17,176 bases of DNA. It comes from Armatimonadota bacterium. GTDB taxonomy: Bacteria; Armatimonadota; Fimbriimonadia; Fimbriimonadales; GBS-DC. Location: the NCBI GenBank assembly GCA_037445735.1, contig JBBIJY010000040.1, positions 1 to 17,176 on the forward strand, written 5' to 3'. Positions within the stretch are counted from its first letter, which is position 1. Every line of letters begins with the position of its first letter. The notes beneath the pieces were generated by a model. That model ran no database searches. It saw only the letters and a program-made list of their open reading frames with translations, and was not told where the DNA came from. Positions 7,230-15,937 of this stretch are shown one piece after another. The translations under genes and the position numbers were made by a program.

Positions 7230-8804
7230 ATGGAGTGGGCGACGAGGGTGCTGAGCTGGACGCTCTGGATGCCGCTGATAGGCGCCCTGCTGGTTCTGCT
7301 CATGCCGCGTTCCCAGCGCTGGACGGCGTGGGCGGTGGCGATGGTGTTCGCGCTGCTCACGCTGGGGCTGACCTTCCTGCTGGCGGCTTATTTTGATCCC
7401 ACCGCGGCGGGCTATCAGTTCGTGGAGCGCGTGGCGTGGCTGCCCGATTATGGCGTCTCGTACCTGCTGGGCATCGATGGAGTCAGCTTATGGCTGGTGA
7501 TGCTGACGGCGACGCTGGGCGTGCTGACAATAGGCTATCTGGGGCTGATGGCAGCCCGCACGGACGGCGCGGAACCCTTCGAACACCTGCATGCGTTTCT
7601 CTTTCACCTGCTGCTGCTGGAGACCGCTCTGCTGGGCGTGTTCATGGCGCTCGATCTGGTGTTGTTCTATGTGTTTTTTGAGTTGACGCTGGTGCCGACC
7701 TATTTTCTGATTGCGCTCTGGGGCGGCGAGCGGCGCAGTTATGCCGCGCTGAAGTTCTTTCTGTACACCTTTTTCGGCTCGCTGTTTATGTTGCTGGCAG
7801 CGCTGTGGCTGGCGTTCGCACACTATCGGGCGACGGGCGCGATGACCTTCGAGCTGATGCGCCTGCAGGCGTTTGTGGCGGAGGGGGGTGTGCCGTTCGA
7901 GGTGCAGAAGTGGCTCTTTCTGGGCTTCGCGCTGGCGTTCGCAATCAAGCTGCCGCTTGTGCCGTTTCACACCTGGTGGCCCCTCGCGATGGGTGAGGCG
8001 CCCATCCCGGTGGTGGTGCTGTTTTTGAAGACGGGCGCCTACGCCTTTTTGCGCTTCGCGTTGCCGCTGTTTCCCGACGCGGCGCAGGCATTCGCCCCGC
8101 TGGGCATGGCGCTGGCAGCGATTGCGGTGGTGTACGCCGCCATCGTGGCGACCATGCAGACCGACATGAAGCAGGTCGCGCTCTATGCGGTGGTGAGCCA
8201 TGCGGGGTTCATCATAATGGGGCTGTTCGCGCTGAATGAGGCGGGCTTCACGGGGAGCGTGATCCAGCAGCTCAATCACGGGGTGACGATGGGCGCGCTG
8301 TTTCTGCTGATGGGGCTGCTGAAGGCGCGCACGGGCACGCTGGAGATAGGACGGCTGGGCGGGCTGAAGGCGCAGATGCCTCTGCTTTCCGCGCTGTTCC
8401 TGATTGCGCTGCTGGCGGCGGTCGCCCTGCCAGGCACCAACGGCTTCATCGGCGAGTTCCTGTGCCTGTTCGGGGCGTATCAGGCATCGCGCGAGGGGCT
8501 GACCCCGCTCCTGTGGGTGGTGATCGGCGTGACGGGCACGATTTTGTCGGTGGTCTATATGCTCTGGATGTTCCAGCGTGTGTTCTACGGTCCCCTTCCC
8601 GAGCGGTTGAAAACGGTGCGCGACCTGAAGCCTGTGGAGTTCGCGCTGGTGTTGCCGCTGATCGCGCTGATTTTCTGGATCGGCTTACAGCCTCTTCGCT
8701 TCACCCGTGCGATGGAACCTGCCGCGACACAGTGGGCAGGGCGGTTTGAAAAGAGGGTCTATCAGCCCCAGATAACGGGCGCTCCACCCCACAGGACCCC
8801 GTAA
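7230..8804 (+). CDS. nuoM: NADH-quinone oxidoreductase subunit M-like antiporter-type subunit (stand-alone, divergent)
   Basis: LGIDGVS, DLVLFYVFFE, WGG.RR.YAALKFFLYT, FAIKLPLVPFHTW, LKTGAY, SHAGF, NHG and LPGTNGFIGEF motifs. No other nuo or mrp genes in the window. Confidence 0.88.
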   Translation: MEWATRVLSWTLWMPLIGALLVLLMPRSQRWTAWAVAMVFALLTLGLTFLLAAYFDPTAAGYQFVERVAWLPDYGVSYLLGIDGVSLWLVMLTATLGVLTIGYLGLMAARTDGAEPFEHLHAFLFHLLLLETALLGVFMALDLVLFYVFFELTLVPTYFLIALWGGERRSYAALKFFLYTFFGSLFMLLAALWLAFAHYRATGAMTFELMRLQAFVAEGGVPFEVQKWLFLGFALAFAIKLPLVPFHTWWPLAMGEAPIPVVVLFLKTGAYAFLRFALPLFPDAAQAFAPLGMALAAIAVVYAAIVATMQTDMKQVALYAVVSHAGFIIMGLFALNEAGFTGSVIQQLNHGVTMGALFLLMGLLKARTGTLEIGRLGGLKAQMPLLSALFLIALLAAVALPGTNGFIGEFLCLFGAYQASREGLTPLLWVVIGVTGTILSVVYMLWMFQRVFYGPLPERLKTVRDLKPVEFALVLPLIALIFWIGLQPLRFTRAMEPAATQWAGRFEKRVYQPQITGAPPHRTP

Positions 8805-8851
8805 GTCGCGGCTTTGGTTCAGCTCTTCACCCGTGCTCTTTTCAGCGTTCT

Positions 8852-10075
8852 TCATCTGTCGGGGGCTTGCAGGCGGGCGAAGCGGTGTTTGCCGACGCGC
8901 AGCAGGCGCCCGACGAGCTGCTCGGGTGTGAAGCGAGCGTTGGGGTCCTGCACGCGCTGACCGTCCAGCTCCACGCCGCCGCCCTGCATAATCCGTCGCG
9001 CCTCCGAGTTGCTGGGCGCCAGCCCGATGGCGGCAATCAGCGCCGCCAGCGCGATGGTGCCGTCCTCACGCATGAGATGCATCGGGATGGGCGCTTCGGG
9101 CGCCTCTTCAGGCAGCTCCCGCTTCGAAAAGATTCGCATAAACTGCTCGTCAGCCTGTTCAGCGGCAGCGCTGCCGTGATAGAGCGCGACAATCTCGCGT
9201 GCCAGCCGACGCTTCACATCGCGCGGGTTGATGCGCCCCTCATGCCAGTCGCGCTCCAGCGCCTGCACCTCCTCCAGCGGCACATCGGTACACAGCACGA
9301 AGTAGTGGCTCATCAGCTCGTCGGGCAGGCTCATCACCTTGCCGAACATCTGATCGGGCGGCTCGTTGATGCCGATGTAGTTGCCCAGCGACTGGCTCAT
9401 CTTCTCCTTGCCGTCCAGTCCGATCAGCAGCGGCATCAGGAACACCACCTGCGGCTCCTGTCCGAACTCGCGCTGGAGGTCGCGCCCCACCAGATTATTG
9501 AACCGCTGGTCGCTGCCGCCCAGCTCCACATCCGCCTGAATCGCCACCGAGTCGTAGCCCTGACAGAGCGGGTAGAGAATCTCGTGCAGCCCGAGTGGCT
9601 GATTGGTTGCCATGCGGGTGGCGAAATCGTCGCGCTCCAGAATGCGGGCGACGGTGTACTTGCTGGCGAGCTGGATCACATCGGCGAAGCTCATCCTGCC
9701 CAGCCAGTCGGCGTTGTAGTGGAGTTCGGTGCGGCTGGGGTCCAGGATGCGAAACAGTTGCGGCTTGAGCTTTTCGACATAGCGCATCACTTCCTCGCGG
9801 GGGAGCTGGCGGCGCGTTTTCGATTTGCCTGTCGGGTCACCAATCATCGCGGTGAAGTCGCCCACGATGAGGCAGGCGATATGCCCGAAGTCCTGGAACT
9901 GGCGCAGTTTGCGCAGCACCACTGCCCAGCCGAGATGCACATCGGGCGCGGTCGGATCGATGCCCAGCTTCACGCGCAGCGGTCTCCCGCGCGTTAGTTT
10001 CGCCCGCAGCTCCTCTTCAGTGATAATCTCCTCCGCGCCTCGCCTCAAAACCGCCAACTGCTGCTCGATGTCCAT
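8852..10075 (-). CDS. tyrS: Tyrosine--tRNA ligase
   Basis: KLGIDPTAPDVHLGW, GDFTAMIGDPTGKS, YPLCQGYDS, ELGGSDQRFN, KMSQSLGNY, and a C-terminal S4-like SNSEARR...GGV...VGK. Start set at ATG 10075 (MDIEQQL). Confidence 0.97.
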   Translation of the reverse strand: MDIEQQLAVLRRGAEEIITEEELRAKLTRGRPLRVKLGIDPTAPDVHLGWAVVLRKLRQFQDFGHIACLIVGDFTAMIGDPTGKSKTRRQLPREEVMRYVEKLKPQLFRILDPSRTELHYNADWLGRMSFADVIQLASKYTVARILERDDFATRMATNQPLGLHEILYPLCQGYDSVAIQADVELGGSDQRFNNLVGRDLQREFGQEPQVVFLMPLLIGLDGKEKMSQSLGNYIGINEPPDQMFGKVMSLPDELMSHYFVLCTDVPLEEVQALERDWHEGRINPRDVKRRLAREIVALYHGSAAAEQADEQFMRIFSKRELPEEAPEAPIPMHLMREDGTIALAALIAAIGLAPSNSEARRIMQGGGVELDGQRVQDPNARFTPEQLVGRLLRVGKHRFARLQAPDR

Positions 10076-10084
10076 CAGAGCGGG

Positions 10085-10090
10085 ATTGTA
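10085..10090 (-). promoter_or_regulatory. Putative -10 box (TACAAT) for tyrS
   Basis: Minus strand reads GG-TACAAT-cccgctctg-ATG: 9 nt spacing, no SD. Confidence 0.45.
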
Positions 10091-10115
10091 CCTTATAGCC
10101 ATCAGCAAGCGACAC

Positions 10116-11144
10116 TTATATCCCATCCGTCAGTTGCTGCTTCAGCCACTGGCAAAAGTCAGGTGGCAGGCAGGCGCGGATGCGCAGGGCGTACGCCTCG
10201 CAATCGGCAGGCAGGCGCGAGCGCAGTTTGACCGAATCTTTGGCGGTGATGACCAGCGTGTTGCCTTGCGCCCAGCCCCACCGCTCGCGCTCAAAGGCGT
10301 AATGGTCGGGGAACAGGCGCGTTTCGCGGACCTGCATGCCAAGTTGCTGGACGGTTCGCACGAATCGTTCGGCGCGCGCGATTCCCGCGACAACCATCAC
10401 CGCCCGCCCTTTGAGGGCATCGGGTGGCAGAAGCGTGCCCGTCGCGAGCTGTTCCAGCCCTTCGGGTTCAACGAGAACTGTGAAGGCGGGTGGGTAAGCC
10501 CCCTCACCCATACCCTCTCCCCCGCTGGGGGAGAGGGGTTCAGATAGAGTAAACAGGATCGCGCTGGCGCGGGCGATGCCGTCGGGCGGCTCACGCAGCG
10601 GTCCGGCGGGCAGGCAGTAGCCGTTGCCGAACGGGCGATCAGCGGGAAGCACCAGCAGGTCGAGCGTGCGCGCCAGCGGCAGGTGCTGAAAGCCGTCGTC
10701 CAGCACCAGCACATCGGGCTGCCAGCGTTCGATGGCTGCCTGCGCCACTGCCACGCGCCGACGCCCCACCGCGACAGGCACATCGCGCAGCGTGTTCAGC
10801 ACTTCCACTGGCTCGTCGCCCACCAGCAGCGGGTCCGCGTCCGTGCCTGGCTCCAGCAGGGTGATGTGGGGGAACCGTCGCCCGCCGTAGCCGCTGCACA
10901 GCACGACCACACGCCGTCCCCAATCGCGCAGCAAGCGGGCGAGCGCAATCGCGACAGGCGTCTTGCCCGCGCCGCCCACCAGCAGCGAGCCGACGCCTAT
11001 CACGGGCACCGGCAGCTGCACCCGTCGCTTCCAGCCCCGATCGTAGAGGCTGGCATAGAGGCGCCAGCCCGCCACATAGAACCGCGCCAGCGCCCGCAAG
11101 CTCAACGGCGGACGCTGGCGCTCCCAGACACGCTCCCAGTCCAT
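10116..11144 (-). CDS. lpxK: Tetraacyldisaccharide 4'-kinase
   Basis: PVIGVGSLLVGGAGKTP P-loop, GYGG, GDEP, LDDGFQH, PAGPLREP, FPDHY and TAKDSVK motifs. Confidence 0.93.
   Translation of the reverse strand: MDWERVWERQRPPLSLRALARFYVAGWRLYASLYDRGWKRRVQLPVPVIGVGSLLVGGAGKTPVAIALARLLRDWGRRVVVLCSGYGGRRFPHITLLEPGTDADPLLVGDEPVEVLNTLRDVPVAVGRRRVAVAQAAIERWQPDVLVLDDGFQHLPLARTLDLLVLPADRPFGNGYCLPAGPLREPPDGIARASAILFTLSEPLSPSGGEGMGEGAYPPAFTVLVEPEGLEQLATGTLLPPDALKGRAVMVVAGIARAERFVRTVQQLGMQVRETRLFPDHYAFERERWGWAQGNTLVITAKDSVKLRSRLPADCEAYALRIRACLPPDFCQWLKQQLTDGI
10499..10543. repeat. REP-like palindromic element inside the lpxK coding sequence
   Basis: 10500-10524 matches the 25-nt core at 15964-15988 and 16078-16102 at 24/25 positions. 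Perfect 11-bp stem CCCTCTCCCCC-gct-GGGGGAGAGGG at 10513-10537. Confidence 0.85.
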
Positions 11145-11156
11145 CAGCCCGCTAAC

Positions 11157-12239
11157 TCAGTCCTCCTCAACTTCCATCTCAATCAGCACCGCCTGGATCT
11201 CGCGTCGCGAGACCAGCGTGCCCTTCACTTCTACCTCCATGCCGACCCGTAGCTGGTCGGGCGAGGCAGATTGACCCTCGTCATGGATCCAGCGGGTCTG
11301 AGCGCTGTAGCTAACGGTGATCTCCGGGCTTTCGGGCGTGAAGTCCTGCGCCCGCATCAGGCGGATCGTGAACTGTCCGCTGCCGACCTGTGTGACGACG
11401 CCCTTCACTTCTACCCGATTCGGCGCGTCGTCGTTCGGGTCCTTGATTTTCACGCGCAGGGCGGTAATGGTGAAGGTGGAAAGATTGACCACGCCGTCCA
11501 CCTTCACGCGCTGCCCGACAGCGAGCGTGCTAACGGTGCCGCTTTCGCTCATGATAATGGTTGAGGGTGTTGTCTCCACCTGCACGATTCGCCCGTTGCG
11601 CAGGCGCAGGGTGAACCCGCTGGCGGAGAGGGCGGTGATGGTGCCGTTGAGTTCCGCACGACGCTGGCGGTTGCCCATCTCGTTCTCGCGCAGATGACGG
11701 AGCGCCGGGCGCACCAGCCCATTAATGAACTCAAACGACGGCAGGTGGAAGTCCACTATCAGCGTGGTGTTGCCCGATGCCGCCACGCTGATCTGAACCG
11801 GGAACTCAAATTGCAGTTGCCCGTTGCCAGCAGGGGTGCCAATCCCTGCGTCCAGATCCAGCGTGGCCGTGGCGCCCGTGATCGTGGTGACCTGAATCTT
11901 GTCGGCGACGGTGATCCGCGCGCGGTTGTAGACACCCGCAGGCAGCGAGCCGACGCCGAGAAACTGGGCGATATTGCTGAGCGCACGCACATCGATTGCC
12001 AGTCCTGCGCTCTCTTCAAACACGGTGTGGAAGCTGCTCGCGTCGCCCTGACGCCCCACTTCGATCCTGTAGAGTGTAAATACGACCTGACGGTACTGGG
12101 CGCTGAAGTCATCGGTGACGAACACCCCAACCGAGCCTGCCTGCATGCCTGTGTCTGAGCTTCCTCCTCCGCATCCACTCAGCACAACGGCGAGCAAACC
12201 CACAGCGAGGGCATACAGCCCAACTATTCGGTTGTGCAT
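11157..12239 (-). CDS. Lipoprotein with a DUF4382-like N-terminal domain and two DUF5666-like repeats
   Basis: Lipobox LSGC followed by GGG; VFVTD...V..T...IEV and LIVDF; two C-terminal repeats (ELNGTIT...LAVGQRVKVDG and EVKGVVT...LRVGMEVEVKG). Strong GGAGGAGGAG SD. Confidence 0.75.
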   Translation of the reverse strand: MHNRIVGLYALAVGLLAVVLSGCGGGSSDTGMQAGSVGVFVTDDFSAQYRQVVFTLYRIEVGRQGDASSFHTVFEESAGLAIDVRALSNIAQFLGVGSLPAGVYNRARITVADKIQVTTITGATATLDLDAGIGTPAGNGQLQFEFPVQISVAASGNTTLIVDFHLPSFEFINGLVRPALRHLRENEMGNRQRRAELNGTITALSASGFTLRLRNGRIVQVETTPSTIIMSESGTVSTLAVGQRVKVDGVVNLSTFTITALRVKIKDPNDDAPNRVEVKGVVTQVGSGQFTIRLMRAQDFTPESPEITVSYSAQTRWIHDEGQSASPDQLRVGMEVEVKGTLVSRREIQAVLIEMEVEED

Positions 12240-12394
12240 CGCTCCTCCTCCTTATAGCCCTGAAGGGGCTCGATTCACCCCTCCAGCAGCCGGGTGATAG
12301 TCTCCCACCGTTGCTTTTCCACACGGTGCAGCAACAGTGGTCGGCAAAACTGCCAGAAAAATAGACGCGCGAGAAAGAGCAAAAGGTTCCAGCT

Positions 12395-15300
12395 TCAGAG
12401 TGCGCCCAGACCAGCTCGCAGCTCCAGCCTGGGTGGCAAGCCGCGCGGGCTGGAGGCGCGGAAGCGCAGCTCGAACTCCACCACACCGCCGGGAGGCAGG
12501 TCGTCCTCGCGCAAAATGAGATAAGCCGCGCCCGCCTCCAGCAGGCTGTTGCCCGTGCGGTTAAGCAGCTCAGCGCCGTTCGGCAGGCGCATCCAGAGCG
12601 CAACGGGCGCAGGGATCGGCTGATCGCTGGCGTTCACCACGCGCCCGCGCACGCGATAGGCACCCACACGCGGATCATAGCGCATCGCGCCCAGAATAAT
12701 CCGATAGGGCGTCGGCACGCGCGGCATCGCCTGCAGGCTGTAGGTCGCCACCGCCTGAAGGGTTATGGGCACGGCACCCGGGTCGTTCACGATGGTCGGC
12801 TGCGGCGGCAGGAACTGGTTGGATAGCCAGCTGGTGGCGGGCGGGCGCGGTCCGAGCGTGCCCCGCCGCGAATCGTATGCCGAAAATATCGCGCCCGATT
12901 CGCCCGTGTTGAGCAGCACAGCGAACAGCCCGATCGGGCGGCTCGGCTTGCGGTCGCGATAGAGCGCCTCCAGCGGCAGGGCAATCTCCCAGCCTGTCGG
13001 AGGGTCAGTCGGATTCAGGCGGGGCTGACACGCGATACGAGCAGGCTCGGCAGGCAGCCAGTTCAGCCGATCGACATCGAGCCGATACAAGCCCGCCTGC
13101 GCCCCCACCACCGGGGGCACAACCGCATCGCCCGCAAAAGGCGCTTCGGGCGCCGAGTGCAGACCGCTATGCCGGAACACGCCCACCGCGAACTCGGCTC
13201 CGAAGCCCGTCGGCGCAGTGAGACGCTGGTTGGACAGCAGGCGCGTCGCGGGACCACTATCATCGTTCAGCACCTCCAGCGGGCGGATGCCCGTGCCCGC
13301 GCCGTAATCCATATCGATGAAGAGCGCGACGCCATTCGCCAGATTTTCAGCGGTATCCACCCGCCCCGCGATGCCGATATAGAGATAGCGATGGTCGTTG
13401 CGCACATAGAGCGCGTCCAGCCGATTGAGATTGGACGAGGGCGTGCGCGTCTGCACCGCGAGCGGCTCGCCGTACTCCTGCAGGTTGCCGTCCACCACAA
13501 CGCCGCGCTCGGCTCGCTTCAGATAGAAAAAGGTAATGAACTCGTTGAACAGCGCGGGGCGCGAGCCTGTGTCGGCAAACACGCGCACGCGCAACACATG
13601 CAACCCCGCTGCCAGACCGCTCAGATCAACGCCCCGCAGTTCGAACTGCCCGTTCGCCACTCGATCCATCGGCACGAAGCCGTCGGTCAGCCCTTCGGGC
13701 GTGTTCTGCAGAGGCGTTCGACCGGCGACGGGTATCCCGTTATCGAGCTTCAGATATGCCTGCACGCCCGACGAATCGGTGCGGGCAACGAGGGTGAGGG
13801 GGTTTTGCGCGGGCAAAGTGATGGTTGCCGCTTCGAAGCTGCGTCCGCTGGCGTACTGCCCGCCTGGTGTCGGGATAGTGTCGAACGGGATGGGGTTGCC
13901 CTGCGGGTCGAAGAGTCGGATCACGCGCTCGCCCGCCAGCGGTCGGGGCGTTTGCGGCGCGTACAGCACATAGCCGTAGCCGTTGTTGGGGGCGCCGGGC
14001 GCGCTGTTGGCGGGCACGGTGATGGTCACGCTGCCGCCCGCACCCACCACCACTGCCGGACGCTGACCGCTGTAATCCACCAGCACGGTGCCCGGCGCGA
14101 AGCCCGTTTGCACCGAAGCCGTCAGCGGCACATCACCCCGATCGTTCAGCCCCACCAGCAGCAGCGCGTTGCCGTTCACCTGCCACTCATAGAGGTACAG
14201 ATCGCTGCTCACGAAGCGGTTCACAACCGTGCCGCGGGCGAACCGCTTGCGCACATCCAGCAAGCGCAACAGGGTATCGTCGCCGTTGCCCAGTGCATTA
14301 TAGCGACCAGGGCGCGGGAAGTGGCTCCAGTCATCGGGCGCGATATTGTTGCCATCGTAATACACCTTGGGTCGCCCGGGGCGCGTCAGCAGCCACGCAT
14401 AGGCGAGGTTGTTCGAGGTGGGCGGACCCTCGTCATGGCTCTGAACGAAGCCGACCCCCAGATAGCGTGCCAGCCCGCCCAGCTCGTAGGGCAGTCCCGT
14501 GCCGCTATCCGTGCCTATCGGATTGCTCAAGCTCGCGCCCAGATCGCCGTAGCCGTTCGCATTAAACAGATTGCTCGCCATGAACTTCATCGGGAAGTCC
14601 AGCAGGTTCATGCCCGTTTTAGCATACTCGCGCAGTTCGTAGCTATTGCCGCTGTAGACCTCGCCGAAGATGTAGAGCGAGGGCTTCAGGCTATAGAGCG
14701 CGGGCAGGAAGTCGCCCACGCTCACGATGCCGCCCGGCTGCTGGGGCACTTTCGCAAAGAAGGCGGGCGGCACATGGCGCACCGCGTCGATGCGATAGCC
14801 GTCGAAGCCGATCACATTTGTCAGGAACCAGCCCCAGCGGTGCAGGTACTGGCGCACATCTTCGGCGGCGGGCGCCCCGCCGGGGTAATAGTACGGGTTC
14901 AAAGGATGGCGCACAAAGCTCGGCTTGCCCCACGCATTAAAACTGGCGTAGGCGGGCAGGTTGAACGCGCCCTGACGCACATTGTTGCCGTCCTCCTGCG
15001 CAATATCCGCCAGCCCCACCACATCGTAGTTCAGCGTGCTGAAGCCGAACGGCGGCGCATTATTGAAATCCAGCTCGTTATTGGTCGGGTCAGCGGTGGA
15101 GCGAATATGGAAATCTTCGGGGATCAGCCCCGGATAGCGGTCGATGGCGGTACTAACGCGATTATCGGCATGGTTCACCACCAGATCGCAGTAGACCTCC
15201 AGTCCGAGCCGATGCGCCAGCCGAATGAGTTCCATCAGCTCCTGCGTGGTACCGTAGCTGGTGGCGACGGTTCCCTTCTGCAGGCGGTCACCCAGATCAA

Positions 15301-15898
15301 AATGGTCAAACGGGTTATAGCCCGTGCTGAAGCCGCCGCCGCCCGATTTGACAGGCGATGGCAGATAGATGGCGCCGTAGCTCGCCAGCACCACCTCGGG
15401 CAAACGCTTCATAATGGTGCGATAGTCGGTCTCAAACCACTGCAGAATCGGCGTGTCGCGATACAGCGGCGCATAACGCACCCACACCGAATAGTTCGAG
15501 CCGCCATTATTATCATAAAGGATGCGCCCGCTGCTGTCCTGCGCCCGAATATAGAACTGCACAGAGGTGCCAGCGGGGTAGGGTCCCAGCACCAGGTACC
15601 ACTGCGTGTTGTTGCCCGTGTTGTAGTCGAATGTGAATACGAATTCTCGTGTAGTTGTCCAGTTATCGGTGGTGACGACGGCGTACACGCTCTGACCGGG
15701 CGCGATGGGGGAGGTTTGCGTGGTGATGGTGAGCGTCTGGGTGGGTTCGAGCATGCCGTTGCGTGCGGACAGTTGCCCGATGTTCGTGATATAGAGGCGC
15801 GTATTGCCGACCCAGTTCAGTTGCGCCTGCGCCGACAGCACCAGCGCGATCAGCGCGAATAGAATCGCGCCCCACCGTGCCACTATAGCCGCTCTCAT
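12395..15898 (-). CDS. Large secreted multidomain alpha-amylase-family (GH13) glycoside hydrolase
   Basis: Signal peptide ending AQA. GH13 conserved regions I-IV: DLVVNH, GFDGYRIDAVRH, IFGEVY, FVQSHD; also GYNPFDHFDLG and YGT. Start ATG 15898 (in frame with TTG 15904). Confidence 0.92.
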   Translation of the reverse strand: MRAAIVARWGAILFALIALVLSAQAQLNWVGNTRLYITNIGQLSARNGMLEPTQTLTITTQTSPIAPGQSVYAVVTTDNWTTTREFVFTFDYNTGNNTQWYLVLGPYPAGTSVQFYIRAQDSSGRILYDNNGGSNYSVWVRYAPLYRDTPILQWFETDYRTIMKRLPEVVLASYGAIYLPSPVKSGGGGFSTGYNPFDHFDLGDRLQKGTVATSYGTTQELMELIRLAHRLGLEVYCDLVVNHADNRVSTAIDRYPGLIPEDFHIRSTADPTNNELDFNNAPPFGFSTLNYDVVGLADIAQEDGNNVRQGAFNLPAYASFNAWGKPSFVRHPLNPYYYPGGAPAAEDVRQYLHRWGWFLTNVIGFDGYRIDAVRHVPPAFFAKVPQQPGGIVSVGDFLPALYSLKPSLYIFGEVYSGNSYELREYAKTGMNLLDFPMKFMASNLFNANGYGDLGASLSNPIGTDSGTGLPYELGGLARYLGVGFVQSHDEGPPTSNNLAYAWLLTRPGRPKVYYDGNNIAPDDWSHFPRPGRYNALGNGDDTLLRLLDVRKRFARGTVVNRFVSSDLYLYEWQVNGNALLLVGLNDRGDVPLTASVQTGFAPGTVLVDYSGQRPAVVVGAGGSVTITVPANSAPGAPNNGYGYVLYAPQTPRPLAGERVIRLFDPQGNPIPFDTIPTPGGQYASGRSFEAATITLPAQNPLTLVARTDSSGVQAYLKLDNGIPVAGRTPLQNTPEGLTDGFVPMDRVANGQFELRGVDLSGLAAGLHVLRVRVFADTGSRPALFNEFITFFYLKRAERGVVVDGNLQEYGEPLAVQTRTPSSNLNRLDALYVRNDHRYLYIGIAGRVDTAENLANGVALFIDMDYGAGTGIRPLEVLNDDSGPATRLLSNQRLTAPTGFGAEFAVGVFRHSGLHSAPEAPFAGDAVVPPVVGAQAGLYRLDVDRLNWLPAEPARIACQPRLNPTDPPTGWEIALPLEALYRDRKPSRPIGLFAVLLNTGESGAIFSAYDSRRGTLGPRPPATSWLSNQFLPPQPTIVNDPGAVPITLQAVATYSLQAMPRVPTPYRIILGAMRYDPRVGAYRVRGRVVNASDQPIPAPVALWMRLPNGAELLNRTGNSLLEAGAAYLILREDDLPPGGVVEFELRFRASSPRGLPPRLELRAGLGAL

Positions 15899-15905
15899 CA
15901 GCAAT

Positions 15906-15911
15906 ATTATA
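15906..15911 (-). promoter_or_regulatory. Putative -10 box (TATAAT) for the GH13 gene
   Basis: Minus strand reads GC-TATAAT-attgctg-ATG: 7 nt spacing, no SD. Confidence 0.5.
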
Positions 15912-15937
15912 GCCCAAACAGCCGCTGTCAGTGAACA

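Noticed and set aside
8699-8844. 12-bp direct repeat CTTCACCCGTGC (8699-8710, 8825-8836) and a 9-bp inverted repeat near the nuoM/tyrS convergence
   Set aside because: Short, no associated element and no clear terminator hairpin. Cannot be distinguished from chance.
10076-10115. T-box or attenuator upstream of tyrS
   Set aside because: Only 40 nt separate the lpxK stop and the tyrS start, with no T-box motif or terminator.
4326-11252. Long alternative-frame or antisense ORFs (e.g. 4326..5165, 4702..5721, 7488..8279, 8867..9997, 10683..11252)
   Set aside because: They overlap well-supported genes and have Arg/Ala/Pro/His-rich shadow composition with no family motifs.
13157-15862. 901-aa ORF on the + strand
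   Set aside because: Antisense shadow of the GH13 gene. High-GC codon bias suppresses stops on the opposite strand and the translation has no recognisable motifs.
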